A stretch of DNA of 40,998 nt from Gemmatimonadota bacterium (GCA_039589315.1 JBDHHQ010000093.1:1-40998), one strand, 5' to 3'. Shown: positions 1 to 9,461, numbered from the stretch's first letter. The notes: generated from the sequence alone by a model not told the origin. Numbers and translations are program-made.

Positions 1-2
1 GG

Positions 3-227
3 GAATGGATCGAATCCCAACTCGACTGGGCTTGGTTCCTACCCGAGAGCGAGGACATTGCCGGGTTCTGGACTGGTGCGGACTCCCCCTCACTCGTGGC
101 TGTGCGAGAGTCGGGGTTACGGAACACAAGACGGATCATCTGGAATGCCATCCAAAGAGATCAGGTGTCCACCGAATGGGGTCAACTCCACGATCTCGCG
201 GAACCGTGGACCGACCCGCTCCAATAG
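3..227 (+). CDS. possible 3' end of a hypothetical protein running in from the window edge
   Basis: Open frame EWIESQLDWAWFLPESEDIAGFW...DPLQ* from position 3; no family recognised; overlaps a competing minus-strand ORF (117-323). Confidence 0.25.
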   Translation, partial: EWIESQLDWAWFLPESEDIAGFWTGADSPSLVAVRESGLRNTRRIIWNAIQRDQVSTEWGQLHDLAEPWTDPLQ

Positions 228-291
228 GTAGCTCTCAAGATCGTAGTACTGCAGGTACCCGTCCTCTGCCATCACTCCAGCCTCACGTCCT

Positions 292-525
292 CTAGCCACT
301 CGAACCCCGGTCGCTTGACCCACGTCCGGTAGAACACGGTCTCCCGTAGCTGCCAGGCGGTGCTCCAGGTCTGACGGGCGAATCCCGTAAAGGACTCGAT
401 GTCGCGTCCCCGTAGCGGAGCAGGGTCTTCGAGGTTATCGAGTCGAGCGTCGCACGGTTTAGACCGTCGATCTCGTCCATGATGCTGTCGAGGCCACTGA
501 TCACGACCACTCCATCCTCATCCAT
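292..525 (-). CDS. hypothetical protein or gene remnant
   Basis: 77-aa ORF whose N-terminal half (MDEDGVVVISGLDSIMDEIDGLNRATLDSI) looks protein-like; no family recognised. Confidence 0.25.
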   Translation of the reverse strand: MDEDGVVVISGLDSIMDEIDGLNRATLDSITSKTLLRYGDATSSPLRDSPVRPGAPPGSYGRPCSTGRGSSDRGSSG

Positions 526-917
526 CTCGACCTGCGCCCTCGGCCGCCGGCCCTGGCCCCGGCTCGTGCTCCGCCTCAGACCGAGCTCGGATTCGATCAG
601 TCCGCCGGGGTCGATCTAGCCGCTCCCGAGCCGATCCCCGAGCTCCAGCTCGACCAGTCCCTGCCTGACTGACCCGCCACCCGGCGCAACCTGCCGCTTC
701 AAGGGCGCTCGCAACCCCCCTCACGTCTCTCCCCGCCGTGGGTCCGACCTCCCGGAAGCCCGTTTGAATTCCCTTTCCTTCCTCGTCGCTGTGGTAGGTG
801 GCCGTGTACGCCCTCAACTCCGCCCCGGGCGGATCGATTTCGGCCACCGGCTCCACGCGGATCTGGGTGCGTCCGGAGTTCAGGGCCGGAGCGGGACGAC
901 TGCCCGCCGGAGGATCG

Positions 918-3662
918 TCAGTCCGTGCGCAGCGCCACCATGGGATCGATGGAGAGCGCTCGCCGCGCCGGAATCCAGGCCGCCGCCAGCGCCACGGCGA
1001 AGAGCCCCGCGCTGGAGGCCAGGAGATCCACCAGCGTCAGCGGCTCGTTGCCGAAGGCCACGCCCTCCAGCGCTCGGGCGAGGATGAGCGCGACCGCCAC
1101 GCCCAGCCCCAGGCCCAGCAGCGTGACCGCTAGGCTCTGCCGGAGCACCAGCCCGAGGACCGTGGAGCCCTCTGCTCCGAGTGACATCCTCAGGCCCAAC
1201 TCCCTCGTCCGTCGGACCACGGTGAACGCGATGGTGCCGTAGAGCCCGGCGGCGACGAGGAACAATGCCACCGATCCGAAGATCCCAAGGACCGCGGTGA
1301 CGACCCGGGGGCGAGCCGTGACGGTGGCCAGGCGGTTCTCCATGGACATGACCGAGGTGAGGGCTGTGTTGGGGTTCATCGCCGTCAGGGCGCCCCGGAC
1401 GGTCTGAGCGAGGTCGGCGGTGCTCCGGGTGCTCCGGATCATGACGCCGGTGCCCAGCCTCGGCGCCTGACGGATGGACACGTAGGCCTGACGCTCGGCG
1501 GGCGCGCCCACCTCGCCCAGTTGCACGTCCTTCGTGATGCCCACGACCCGGGCACCTTCGATCTCGAACTCCGGCCAGGCGATGCGGATGCTGCGCCCGA
1601 GGGCGACTCCGTCGGGGAAGTACTCCTGCGCAGCCAGCTCGTTGAGGACGACCACCGGTTCGGAGTTGACGTCGTCGGTGGCCTCGATGCCCCGTCCCGC
1701 CACCAGCTCGATTCCCAGGGCCTCCAGGTGCCCGTCGGCGACCGGCTGGATCCGCACCCAGCTGTGGGTGGCCGGCGTAAGGTCCGGGCGGCCCTCGGAG
1801 CTCAGTACCAGGTTCCGCCAGGTGGGGCCACCCATGGGCACTTCTCCCAGTGTGGCGCGGTCCACACCGGGTATCGCCCGGATACGCTCCAGGAACGTGG
1901 TGTGGAACCCCCCCGGCTCGATCCCGGCCAGCTCGTCGGCGGGGCTGAGGCTGTACAGGGCCGTGAAGAGGTTCTCCCGGTCGTATCCCAGGGAAACGTC
2001 CTGTAGGCTGCGAAGGCCGTTCATCATCACGGTTGCGCCTGTGAGGAGCACCATGGCCAGCGCGACCTGGACGGTGATGAGACCGTTTCTCCCGAGCGGC
2101 AGCGCCGACCACCGGTTCCCCAGCGTCTGGGTCCGCCCTCCCCGCATGGCCGTGTTCGGGTCGGCGCGGGCACCCTGCCAAGCAGGAACGAGGCCGAACG
2201 CGACGCCCACGCATGCGGTGAGGATGCCGGCGAATGCCACCACGGTCCAATCGATGCCTTGGGCCTCCGGGTTCAAGTATTGCAGCTCTCTTCCGCCGGT
2301 AGTGCCCAGGGCGTTCGAGAGCCAAGTGCCCAGGAGATTCACGCCGAATCCCGCGAGGACGATTCCTGCTACGCCCCCCACCAGGGCCAGGATCAGGCTC
2401 TCGGTCATGAACTGCCGCACGAGGCGCGAACGGGCGGCGCCGAGGGAAGCCCTCACGGCGGCCTCCCGCACGCGGGTCGCGCCCCTGGCCATGACGAGGC
2501 CGGCCAGATTGGCCGTGGCCATCAACAGCACGAGGAGCACCGCACCGAAGAGCGCCAGCATGGACGCCCTGGCCCGCGGGTTGGTACGGGCTTCGCGGTA
2601 GCTGAGCACGTCGGCGCCCGCCATGAGGCGGGACGCCCCCTCCGGGGCGGGATATCGGTCGCTCATCCGAGCCGCCAGCGACTGCAGCTCCGCCCGGACG
2701 CTCTCCACCGTCGCTTCCGGCTTCAGGCGGCCGATGACGTGGAAGTGCAGATTCCACGGGTCTTCCAGATACCCGGGATCGCCGATCTCCCGGAGTGCCG
2801 ACATGGGAACCCAGATGTCCACGCCTCCCGTGACGCCGGCGAAGTCCGCTGGCAGCACCCCCACGACCTGCATGCGGAGTCCGTCCAGGGTGAGGACGGC
2901 GCCGACGGCGTCCGGCGATCCGCCGAACCGGCTCTGCCAGAAGCCGTGGCTCACGAGCGCCGTCATGGCCGGCGCACCGTCGTCTTCCTCGTCGGGCCCG
3001 AAGGCCCGGCCCAGGCGCGGCGTCACGCCCAACATGGGGAGGAGGGAAGGCGTGATGACCTCCACCGAGACCACGGCGGGATCGCCCATCTCCGAGAGGG
3101 TCATGGTGCGGGCCCGATACCCGCCCACGGCCTGCAGGGAGCCGACTTCCTCGGCTAGGTCCGTGAATCGCGGGTAGGACCAACGGGAGGCGTTCATCTC
3201 CTCCGGTGTGTGGCCGAAGAGCTGATCCACCACTACGAGCCGCTGGGGCTCCGGGAACGGCGGGTCGGCCAAAACCGCCTTCTCGAGCACGCTGAAGAGC
3301 GCCGTGCTGGCGCCGATGGACGTCGCCAGCATGAGGATCGCCGCGAGGGCGAATCCGGGACTGCGGGTCAGCGTCCGCACCGCGAAGCGAACATCCTGCA
3401 CGATCGATTCCATCCTCCACCCCTCCTTCCACTCCCAAAGCCCATGAATCGTCAATCCGGCGAGAAAGACCGCCGCCGGCGTCACTCCCACGTCGCCGGT
3501 GCGGAGTTGCCAGAGTTCCGCTTCCCACTCTTCGAGGCACGCTTCCCGGCGCCCGGCGGGGATCAGCCATGCGATGGCCCGAAGGACACGACGGCTCCAG
3601 CGCGTCGTTCCGTCGGCGGGCCAACGGTGGCCTTGGCCCCCGCCCGGATTCGCGTCCCTCAT
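918..3662 (-). CDS. ABC transporter permease, duplicated MacB_PCD/FtsX (ADOP-type)
   Basis: QDVRFAVRTLTRSPGF, ANLAGLVMARG..R.RE.AVRASLGA, RRTRELGLRMSLGA, PARRALSIDPMVALRTD motifs; ATG at 3662 overlaps the PadR stop (ATGA). Confidence 0.92.
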   Translation of the reverse strand: MRDANPGGGQGHRWPADGTTRWSRRVLRAIAWLIPAGRREACLEEWEAELWQLRTGDVGVTPAAVFLAGLTIHGLWEWKEGWRMESIVQDVRFAVRTLTRSPGFALAAILMLATSIGASTALFSVLEKAVLADPPFPEPQRLVVVDQLFGHTPEEMNASRWSYPRFTDLAEEVGSLQAVGGYRARTMTLSEMGDPAVVSVEVITPSLLPMLGVTPRLGRAFGPDEEDDGAPAMTALVSHGFWQSRFGGSPDAVGAVLTLDGLRMQVVGVLPADFAGVTGGVDIWVPMSALREIGDPGYLEDPWNLHFHVIGRLKPEATVESVRAELQSLAARMSDRYPAPEGASRLMAGADVLSYREARTNPRARASMLALFGAVLLVLLMATANLAGLVMARGATRVREAAVRASLGAARSRLVRQFMTESLILALVGGVAGIVLAGFGVNLLGTWLSNALGTTGGRELQYLNPEAQGIDWTVVAFAGILTACVGVAFGLVPAWQGARADPNTAMRGGRTQTLGNRWSALPLGRNGLITVQVALAMVLLTGATVMMNGLRSLQDVSLGYDRENLFTALYSLSPADELAGIEPGGFHTTFLERIRAIPGVDRATLGEVPMGGPTWRNLVLSSEGRPDLTPATHSWVRIQPVADGHLEALGIELVAGRGIEATDDVNSEPVVVLNELAAQEYFPDGVALGRSIRIAWPEFEIEGARVVGITKDVQLGEVGAPAERQAYVSIRQAPRLGTGVMIRSTRSTADLAQTVRGALTAMNPNTALTSVMSMENRLATVTARPRVVTAVLGIFGSVALFLVAAGLYGTIAFTVVRRTRELGLRMSLGAEGSTVLGLVLRQSLAVTLLGLGLGVAVALILARALEGVAFGNEPLTLVDLLASSAGLFAVALAAAWIPARRALSIDPMVALRTD

Positions 3663-3979
3663 GCGCCTCGCGCTTCCCCCGCCGGCTCCTCCGCCGTCCC
3701 GGACACGACGGCGGCGAGCCTGCCTCGCGCCACCGCAAGCTCCTCCGCGCCCGCCGGGGTGAGGGCGTAGTACCGACGCCTGGGCCGACGTTCGGCTTGG
3801 GCGACCTCGGCGTCCTCCCACTGACCCGTGACGAGACCGCGCGCCTCGAGCCGGCGCAGCGTCGTGTACACGGTTCCGGTACGGAGGGCGGTGCGGTCGA
3901 TGATGTCGAGCCCGTAGCACCGGCGGCCCTCGAGTGTGGCCAAGATCGTGATTGACGTGATCCCCATGAATCGACCCAT
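3659..3979 (-). CDS. PadR family transcriptional regulator
   Basis: YGLDII..TALRTGTVYTTLRRLEARGLV...RPRRRYYALTPAG; GGAGG 7 nt upstream of the ATG at 3979. Confidence 0.92.
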   Translation of the reverse strand: MGRFMGITSITILATLEGRRCYGLDIIDRTALRTGTVYTTLRRLEARGLVTGQWEDAEVAQAERRPRRRYYALTPAGAEELAVARGRLAAVVSGTAEEPAGEARGA

Positions 3980-4005
3980 GCTACAACCTCCCGGCACCGC
4001 TCGGG

Positions 4006-4019
4006 TTCTATATGTAGAA
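4006..4019. promoter_or_regulatory. AT-rich imperfect palindrome, candidate PadR operator
   Basis: TTCTATATGTAGAA just upstream of padR in an AT-rich patch; PadR autoregulation is inferred. Confidence 0.45.
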
Positions 4020-4118
4020 GTGTATACTATTTAACACTTGTAGCCTAGTAGGTCAATCCCGGAGGATGTGACGCGGAGGGTGACCAGCTCCCGGGGCCGG
4101 TGCGCTGAAGGGCCGGGC

Positions 4119-5963
4119 TCAGACGTCCTGGAGCTCCTGCACCGCGCGGTACGCCTCCTTGATCGCGGAGTCGGTGTTCGAGCGCACGCCGGCGTCCGAG
4201 TTCGCGATCGCGATGCGGCCGTACCTCTGTCGGCCGACGAACCACGGCGTCTCCTCCTCGACGGGCCATTCGGGCTCCCACAGGTAGTACGGGTTGTACG
4301 AGTAGCCGTGTGGCCAACGATTCACCGTGATCGCTTCGATGTCGCGCTCCGCGTCGAAGCCGCCGGCCGAAAGCGCCGCGTCCATCTGATCCCTCACGTG
4401 GTGCTCGAACGTCTCGAACGGCGTGGACAGCAGCACGCGCCTGCCCTGCCGCCACTGTTCGGGACCCTCGATGTCGTCGAAGTACGGCACGTTGCACAGG
4501 TGCACCACCATCGGCTGGTCCGGCGTCGAGCCGAAGGCGTAGTCGCCGAGCGAGACCGGATAGTCCAGCTCGATCTGCTTGTAGAAGTCGTTCGTGAAGT
4601 AGACGTACGAGACGCCCAGGTCGACGAACGACTGCCAGTTGCTGATGAGCACCTTGGTGTACGTCAGGGGCACCTTGACGTTGTAGGCCAGACCCTCCTT
4701 CTGCGCTTCCGGCAGCTCGGGCACGAGGTAGGGGATCGCGCTGTTGTAGCAGGCCATGATGCACATGCCGGCGCGAACGGTGTGTGCGTCCCCCCCGGTC
4801 ACGAAGGTCACGTCGACCGCGCCCCCGTCCGCCGTGTGCCGCGCCTCGACCACCGTGCTGTTCAAGCGGATGCGCACGGCCGCGTCATCGCGGTCGAGCA
4901 GCGAGTAGTCGACGCGGGAGGTCACCACGTCCTCCATCGTATTCCCGGGCACCGCCTCCGGCAGCATGGCGCGCACCAGCAGTCGAGCGACGGAAGCGTT
5001 GCCGTCCGGGAAGTGGAAGATGTAGGGCTCGTCTCCACGGTCGCCGACGCGCGGCATCGTGTGCGAGAGGCCCGGCAGGCCACCGCCGTCACCGTATTCG
5101 CTGACGATCAGCGCCGGCACGTCCTTCGAGCCCAGGCCGTAGAAGCTGCGGAACCACTGGCGATAGATCCCGAGCACCTGCCCGTCGACTTCGGCGTAAT
5201 CGCGCAGGAAGTCGAGATAGCTGATCTTCGACAGCAGCGCGTACCTCTCGTCGTAGCTCAGGCCCGGCAGGTAGTCCTTCTCCTCGGTGAAGACGCGGAC
5301 TAGGTCGGCCTTCGCCTGCTCGCTCATCGGCGTCTGCGCCGCGAACTCCTCCCAAGGCAGCGAGCCGTAACCGCGCGCCAGCTTGCGCTCGCCGTACGTC
5401 TCCTCGTCGAACATGATCGAGTGGCTCAGGCCGTACCTCGAGTACAGGTCCTGGTCGAAGTAGTCGTAGAAGCGCTCGGTCTCGACGCCGATGTCTTCGA
5501 GCAGCTGGCGCGACACCTCCGAGTAGCCCGACGGGGTATCGATCGACTCCGTGCCCCCGTAGCCGATGCGTGTCCCGCCAGGATGGCTGAACTCGTTGCG
5601 CTTCGCATGACCGCCGAAGTCGTCGTGGTTGTCGAGGACCAGGACGCGAGCGCCCGGATTGGCCCCGCGGTGGAAGTACGCGGCGGAGAGGCCGCTGATG
5701 CCGGCGCCCACGACCACAAGGTCGTAGACCTCTTCGGGCCGGCCGACCGGCCAGCGCCTGCCGTCGACGCGCTCGTGCATCGTCTCCCAGGATCCGTCGT
5801 GGCTGCCGCGCAGGCCGGTCAGGGCCGGCGGGTAGTAGTCCTGTTCGAACCGGAAGCCGCGCGGGGCGGCACCGAACAACTCCACCCACGGCGACAGCAG
5901 CGATGCGCCGATGGCGATCCGAGTGCCGTTCAGGAAATCCCGTCGCGTGATGTCCTTTCTCAT
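4119..5963 (-). CDS. Tat-exported NAD(P)/FAD-dependent oxidoreductase (spermidine dehydrogenase SpdH-like)
   Basis: ITRRDFLNG twin-arginine motif; YYPPALTGLRGSHDGS; VVVGAGISGLSAA Rossmann motif; DNHDDFGGHAKRNEF; ITVNRWPHGY. Confidence 0.9.
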   Translation of the reverse strand: MRKDITRRDFLNGTRIAIGASLLSPWVELFGAAPRGFRFEQDYYPPALTGLRGSHDGSWETMHERVDGRRWPVGRPEEVYDLVVVGAGISGLSAAYFHRGANPGARVLVLDNHDDFGGHAKRNEFSHPGGTRIGYGGTESIDTPSGYSEVSRQLLEDIGVETERFYDYFDQDLYSRYGLSHSIMFDEETYGERKLARGYGSLPWEEFAAQTPMSEQAKADLVRVFTEEKDYLPGLSYDERYALLSKISYLDFLRDYAEVDGQVLGIYRQWFRSFYGLGSKDVPALIVSEYGDGGGLPGLSHTMPRVGDRGDEPYIFHFPDGNASVARLLVRAMLPEAVPGNTMEDVVTSRVDYSLLDRDDAAVRIRLNSTVVEARHTADGGAVDVTFVTGGDAHTVRAGMCIMACYNSAIPYLVPELPEAQKEGLAYNVKVPLTYTKVLISNWQSFVDLGVSYVYFTNDFYKQIELDYPVSLGDYAFGSTPDQPMVVHLCNVPYFDDIEGPEQWRQGRRVLLSTPFETFEHHVRDQMDAALSAGGFDAERDIEAITVNRWPHGYSYNPYYLWEPEWPVEEETPWFVGRQRYGRIAIANSDAGVRSNTDSAIKEAYRAVQELQDV

Positions 5964-6026
5964 GATGCCCCCCGAAGACCCCTTGTCGCAGCCGTGCCGT
6001 GTGTGCCGCGGTCCGGTTCCAGCAGT

Positions 6027-6449
6027 CTAAGCACATCGCTCCTCAGAAGCTCGGACGGCGTACCCGAACGACTCCCGAGGCGACGTCCACTGAGCGAACT
6101 CTGCCGCCCCCTTCAGGGCCTCTGTCACCTTGTTCACCTCGATGAGTCCCACCGGATAATCGTACAAAACCGACGCATCGGCTGCGGAGCGAAAGCGAAT
6201 CTCCTGTACATCGGTGACTTCGAGCGCGGTGAGGACCTCGCTGTTCCCGGCTAAGCGCCCATCCACGTGCACGGCGGGCGTTTCCGTTTCCTGGCGCCCC
6301 TGGGGGCCCCTGGCCGGGCCCGTGGTGGCCCTGAACCATTCGGGGCGAAGCCGACGGACGATCAACAAAAGGTCTCCCGGAGGTTGCCCATCGAGCTCCT
6401 CGAACGTGATCAGCCGCTCTTGGATCTCGTTGCGCTGGATCCCGTCCAC
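6027..6449 (-). CDS. hypothetical protein with TonB-receptor plug-like segment, probably a truncated remnant
   Basis: LITFEEL...IVRRLRPEWF...PAVHVDG...LTALEVTDVQEIRFRSAADASVLY resembles plug-like small proteins; no signal peptide visible. Confidence 0.55.
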   Translation of the reverse strand: MDGIQRNEIQERLITFEELDGQPPGDLLLIVRRLRPEWFRATTGPARGPQGRQETETPAVHVDGRLAGNSEVLTALEVTDVQEIRFRSAADASVLYDYPVGLIEVNKVTEALKGAAEFAQWTSPRESFGYAVRASEERCA

Positions 6450-6526
6450 CGCGCAGCGACGTGAGTGATGCGATGGATGAATCGCGATCTACCTGGAGCT
6501 TCAAGGCGGGCGAGCCGGGGAGGAAC

Positions 6527-6720
6527 CGGCTCCAGGATCACCGCATCCGGCCCGTAACGCAGCACCTGGGCCGTGATCCAGTCGGGGTCGGCGACTCGGC
6601 GGGTGACCGTCACGGAGCCGTCGGCTGCGGCTCGCCCTCGCTCCGCTCCACGAACCAGCGGGCGATCCGAGGGGAATAGCGCACCGTCACCTCGGCGTCC
6701 TCGTGGGCCCGGTAGACGCG
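6527..6720 (-). pseudogene. C-terminal (WCX) fragment of a WYL-domain regulator
   Basis: RVYRAHEDAEVTVRYSPRIARWFVER...(frameshift)DGSVTVTRRVADPDWITAQVLRYGPDAVILEP, typical of the PafB/PafC-like C-terminus. Confidence 0.7.
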
Positions 6721-6956
6721 TCCGTTCCGTGAGATGTCCTGGACCGGATCGAAGCGAGTGCAGGGCAGAAGGGCTTGACCCCGAGAGGGTGCGTCAGGCC
6801 CGCTGAGAGCTAGAGCGACAAGAAGGTGAGCGGGTGTTGGCCTGGCTTCGGACGGTGACCGGGGGGGCGTAGCCCGAAGGGGCGTTCACGTCAGAACGGG
6901 GCCGATGCCCGGAAGATGCCTCACCTACCAAGCCTGTCGTGCCGAACTTAGTCCGC

Positions 6957-7112
6957 CTAGCCGAAGGGGTCCTTGCTATCTTCGCCGGCTAGGTGGCGAG
7001 ACAGGAGTTTCTCCACCAGCCGAGACATGCCGATGTCGTGTCGCTCGCGATACTCCTCGGCCTGCTCGACCACCGCCTGGTCCATAGACAGGTTTACCCT
7101 GCGCCTAGGCAT
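6957..7112 (-). CDS. small ribbon-helix-helix / DUF6364-like antitoxin-type protein, possibly truncated
   Basis: MPRRRVNLSMDQAVVEQAEEYRERHDIGMSRLVEKLL; GAGG 6 nt upstream; no partner toxin gene follows. Confidence 0.65.
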   Translation of the reverse strand: MPRRRVNLSMDQAVVEQAEEYRERHDIGMSRLVEKLLSRHLAGEDSKDPFG

Positions 7113-7151
7113 GGCCATCCTCATTCCTGTGAAGAGTGGAGCAGCACGCGA

Positions 7152-7233
7152 ACCACGCCGAAGGAGGACCTCGGGCCACGTCAGGTAGGTGGGTCGTCTC
7201 GCTGGGGGAGCGGGGGCCCGACCGCGTGCCGAC
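7152..7233 (-). ncRNA. candidate structured RNA element, copy 1 (diverged)
   Basis: Shares GTCGGCAC..GGGCC..GACGACYCACCTACCTGACGTGG with copies at 24919 and 36406; stems CACGC/GCGTG, TCGGGCC/GGCCCGA, CGCT/AGCG. Confidence 0.6.
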
Positions 7234-7305
7234 ATTGACAAGATGCCGCAACGCCGGACCAGCCGACAAGAACTCCGGCACCCGCTGAGCCTCGCATCAG
7301 GCGAA

Positions 7306-7358
7306 GCGGAGGGGGTGGGATTCGAACCCACGTGTCCTTTCGGACGCCGGTTTTCAAG
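7306..7358 (-). pseudogene. 3' half of tRNA-Ser(TGA), att-like remnant
   Basis: CTTGAAAACCGGCGTCCGAAAGGACACGTGGGTTCGAATCCCACCCCCTCCGC has the anticodon loop, long variable arm, T-arm and G discriminator; no D-arm or 5' acceptor strand upstream. Confidence 0.85.
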
Positions 7359-7373
7359 TTCCGTCAGGTTTTC

Positions 7374-7496
7374 TGCGTCTGGTTGCGTTTGGTTGTGTCT
7401 GGCTGCGGGGAAAGGCGATTACGCCGCTCTTCACGGTCGGAGTTTTGCGTTTGGTTGCGTCTGTTCGCGGAGGGCGTTGGCAAAACGTTGGCAGAA
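7374..7496 (+). repeat. short direct repeats beside the tRNA-Ser fragment (candidate integrase arm/accessory sites)
   Basis: 10-mer TGYGTYTGGT-like x3 (7374-7403) and x2 (7446-7465); CGTTGGCARAA x2 (7475-7496). Confidence 0.7.
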
Positions 7497-7687
7497 GCGA
7501 GATGACGCCGCGCCCGATCACCGGATCGCCCGTGAGCTCACGGCCTCCCCGAAAGACTCCTTCGCCAGCGCACACTTCACGCTGTGAGTGAGACACGTAC
7601 CCCTGCGGCAGATGGGCGTCTCGCCGGTAGGACGAATTCCCGGTACATCCTCCGCACGCTGTCCCCTCGCGAAGAGGGCCTTTGTTT

Positions 7688-8407
7688 TCAGGCGCTGGCG
7701 GGCGCGGCCTCGACCGCGGCCCCTGCCATCCGCCCGCTCGTCAGGTCGATGGCCGCGTGCAGGACGATGGCCGTCCAGAGGGAGCCGCTGAAGACCACCA
7801 GCAGCGCCATCACTAGGCCGACCGCCGTCGCCTTGAGGATTCCGCTCACTCCCTGGTGGGCATGGCCAAGCCCAAAGACCAGCGACGTGAGGGCGACCGC
7901 CGGCCACAGGCCCAGTGCCGGCGCGAGCGCGCCCAGCAGCAGGCCCCGGTAGAGGATCTCCTCGCAGACGCCGGCGGTGGCCGGCCGCGCGGCGAAGGCG
8001 TTTGCCTCGGTCCGGCCGCGCGGCACGATGGCGTGGAGCCTGCCGAACCTGCCGCGCACCTCGGCCAGCTTTTCTTCGCTGCCGAGCACGCCGCGCATCT
8101 GGACCACCAGCAACGCCGTGGCCACGAGGCCGGCCGCGACGGCGACCCACTCGAGGCCTGCCGCGGGCACGGCGAAACCCGCAGCCTCCAGGCCGCGGCC
8201 CAGGACCAGCCACCAGCCCAGCAAGCCGGCGACGAGCGCCCATTGCATCACCATGATGGTGCGGTAGGTCCGCAGGCGCCCGTCGGCGCGGCCCTCGGCC
8301 AGCCGGCGCCGGAGGCGGCTGTATTCCCAGATGCCCTGCAGGGGCTCGACCACGGCCAGAAAGGCCAGGATCACCAAGGCGTAGGAGTCGAGGGCTGCGG
8401 TCGTCAT
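7688..8407 (-). CDS. CPBP/CAAX family intramembrane metalloprotease
   Basis: AGVCEEILYRG, FGLGHAHQG and HAAID motifs; multiple hydrophobic helices. Confidence 0.9.
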   Translation of the reverse strand: MTTAALDSYALVILAFLAVVEPLQGIWEYSRLRRRLAEGRADGRLRTYRTIMVMQWALVAGLLGWWLVLGRGLEAAGFAVPAAGLEWVAVAAGLVATALLVVQMRGVLGSEEKLAEVRGRFGRLHAIVPRGRTEANAFAARPATAGVCEEILYRGLLLGALAPALGLWPAVALTSLVFGLGHAHQGVSGILKATAVGLVMALLVVFSGSLWTAIVLHAAIDLTSGRMAGAAVEAAPASA

Positions 8408-9027
8408 GGGATGTTGCCCTTCCGACCGGCGCGCTGTGCATAGCGTCCCCGGAGGGGCAGCAGCGCCAGGGTGAGGGAGAGGTGCTCGTCCTCGGGGCCG
8501 GGCTCGGGCGCGCGGGCGGCCTCGGCCGCCAGCAAATCCTCGATGGCCCGCAGGTGCGCGTTGAGTTCGCGGCGAAGCGCCGGCGATGCCCGCAGGTGCA
8601 GCCGCATGGCCGCCACGTTGCGGTCCGGGCCCTCCCGCCGCGCGTTGCCGTCTCTTAGCGCCGCCTCGAGGTCGCGGACCGTCATGCGGAAGGCGGCCTT
8701 CATGGCCCGCACGGCCTGGTCGGCGGCCCGGGCGTCGTCGGGCTCGACCTCCATCTCGATCCGTTCGCCGGCCGGTTCGTAGAGGGTCTCGAAGCGCTTG
8801 CCCTTGGGCCGGGTGCCAGCCTTGCGCAGGATGCCGGTCCGCTCGAGGACGCCCACGTGGTGGTAGAGCGAGCTGGCGGGACGCCCCATGCGCACGGCCA
8901 TGTCGGCGATAGCCAGAGGCCCGGGCGCCGTGAAGAGCCCGATGATTTCCAGGCGGATGGGTGATGTCAGAGCCGCACGCTGGTCGGCGGTCGTGACCGT
9001 GACGGTCGCGCGGCGCTTCGTTTCCAT
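8404..9027 (-). CDS. ArsR-like winged-helix regulator
   Basis: ALTSPIRLEII...IADMAVRMGRPASSLYHHVGVLERTGIL; stop overlaps the CPBP start (ATGA). Confidence 0.85.
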   Translation of the reverse strand: METKRRATVTVTTADQRAALTSPIRLEIIGLFTAPGPLAIADMAVRMGRPASSLYHHVGVLERTGILRKAGTRPKGKRFETLYEPAGERIEMEVEPDDARAADQAVRAMKAAFRMTVRDLEAALRDGNARREGPDRNVAAMRLHLRASPALRRELNAHLRAIEDLLAAEAARAPEPGPEDEHLSLTLALLPLRGRYAQRAGRKGNIP

Positions 9028-9182
9028 GGAGACATGATCGGGAATAAATTCAAAAGATACAACGTTTTTTGAAAATATAGTCGAAGATCCGTTTCGGAGA
9101 GCTCGGCGTCCTGGACTCCTATCGGACCGCGGCGGTCCAGTCGGATGCTTCGTTTTGTCCGGCGGGCGAGGCGTGGCGCATC

Positions 9183-9461
9183 GCCTGGGGAGAAGACTCG
9201 GCTCTTCCCCGCTACGGAGCCGACGGCTTCCACCCCTCTCGCTTGGGCACGCACCTCGCCGCGTTGGTGATGTACGAGCAGCTGTCGGGGCAGGATCCTA
9301 GCGAGCTTCCTGCCCTCATCCCCGGCTCCGATGGGGACATGTCCCTCAACCCGGCGTTGGCCCTTCTCCTCCAGGAGGCCGCCAGGGAGGCGAACGTTCG
9401 GCATGCGCGAGTGGTCGCCTCGGCGTCTTCTGGCCATAGGGGCGCCGGGTGGCTGCAGTGA
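9183..9461 (+). pseudogene. C-terminal fragment of an SGNH/GDSL-like hydrolase
   Basis: AWGEDSALPRYGADGFHPSRLGTHLAALVMYEQL contains the DxxH block-V motif; no N-terminal part or start. Confidence 0.6.

Noticed and set aside
778..885. AELRAYTATYHSDE on the minus strand as a serine-hydrolase C-terminal remnant
   Set aside because: Too short to support without a database search.
880..3738. 952-aa ORF and many other long Arg/Pro/Gly-rich or antisense ORFs (e.g. 4068-5303, 10185-11786, 11900-13807, 29157-30722)
   Set aside because: Shadow frames of recognisable genes in GC-rich DNA; no motifs of their own, apart from the NTF2-like tail of 11900-13807, which is listed separately.
6888..6929. CACGTCAG / TCACCTACC here, CACGTCAG near 30189 and GCCGACCCTAC near 40928 as extra motif copies
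   Set aside because: Only 8-11 nt matches without the flanking stems; expected by chance.
7306..7380. Complete tRNA-Ser gene
   Set aside because: The sequence 5' of the anticodon loop cannot form the anticodon stem, D-arm or acceptor stem.
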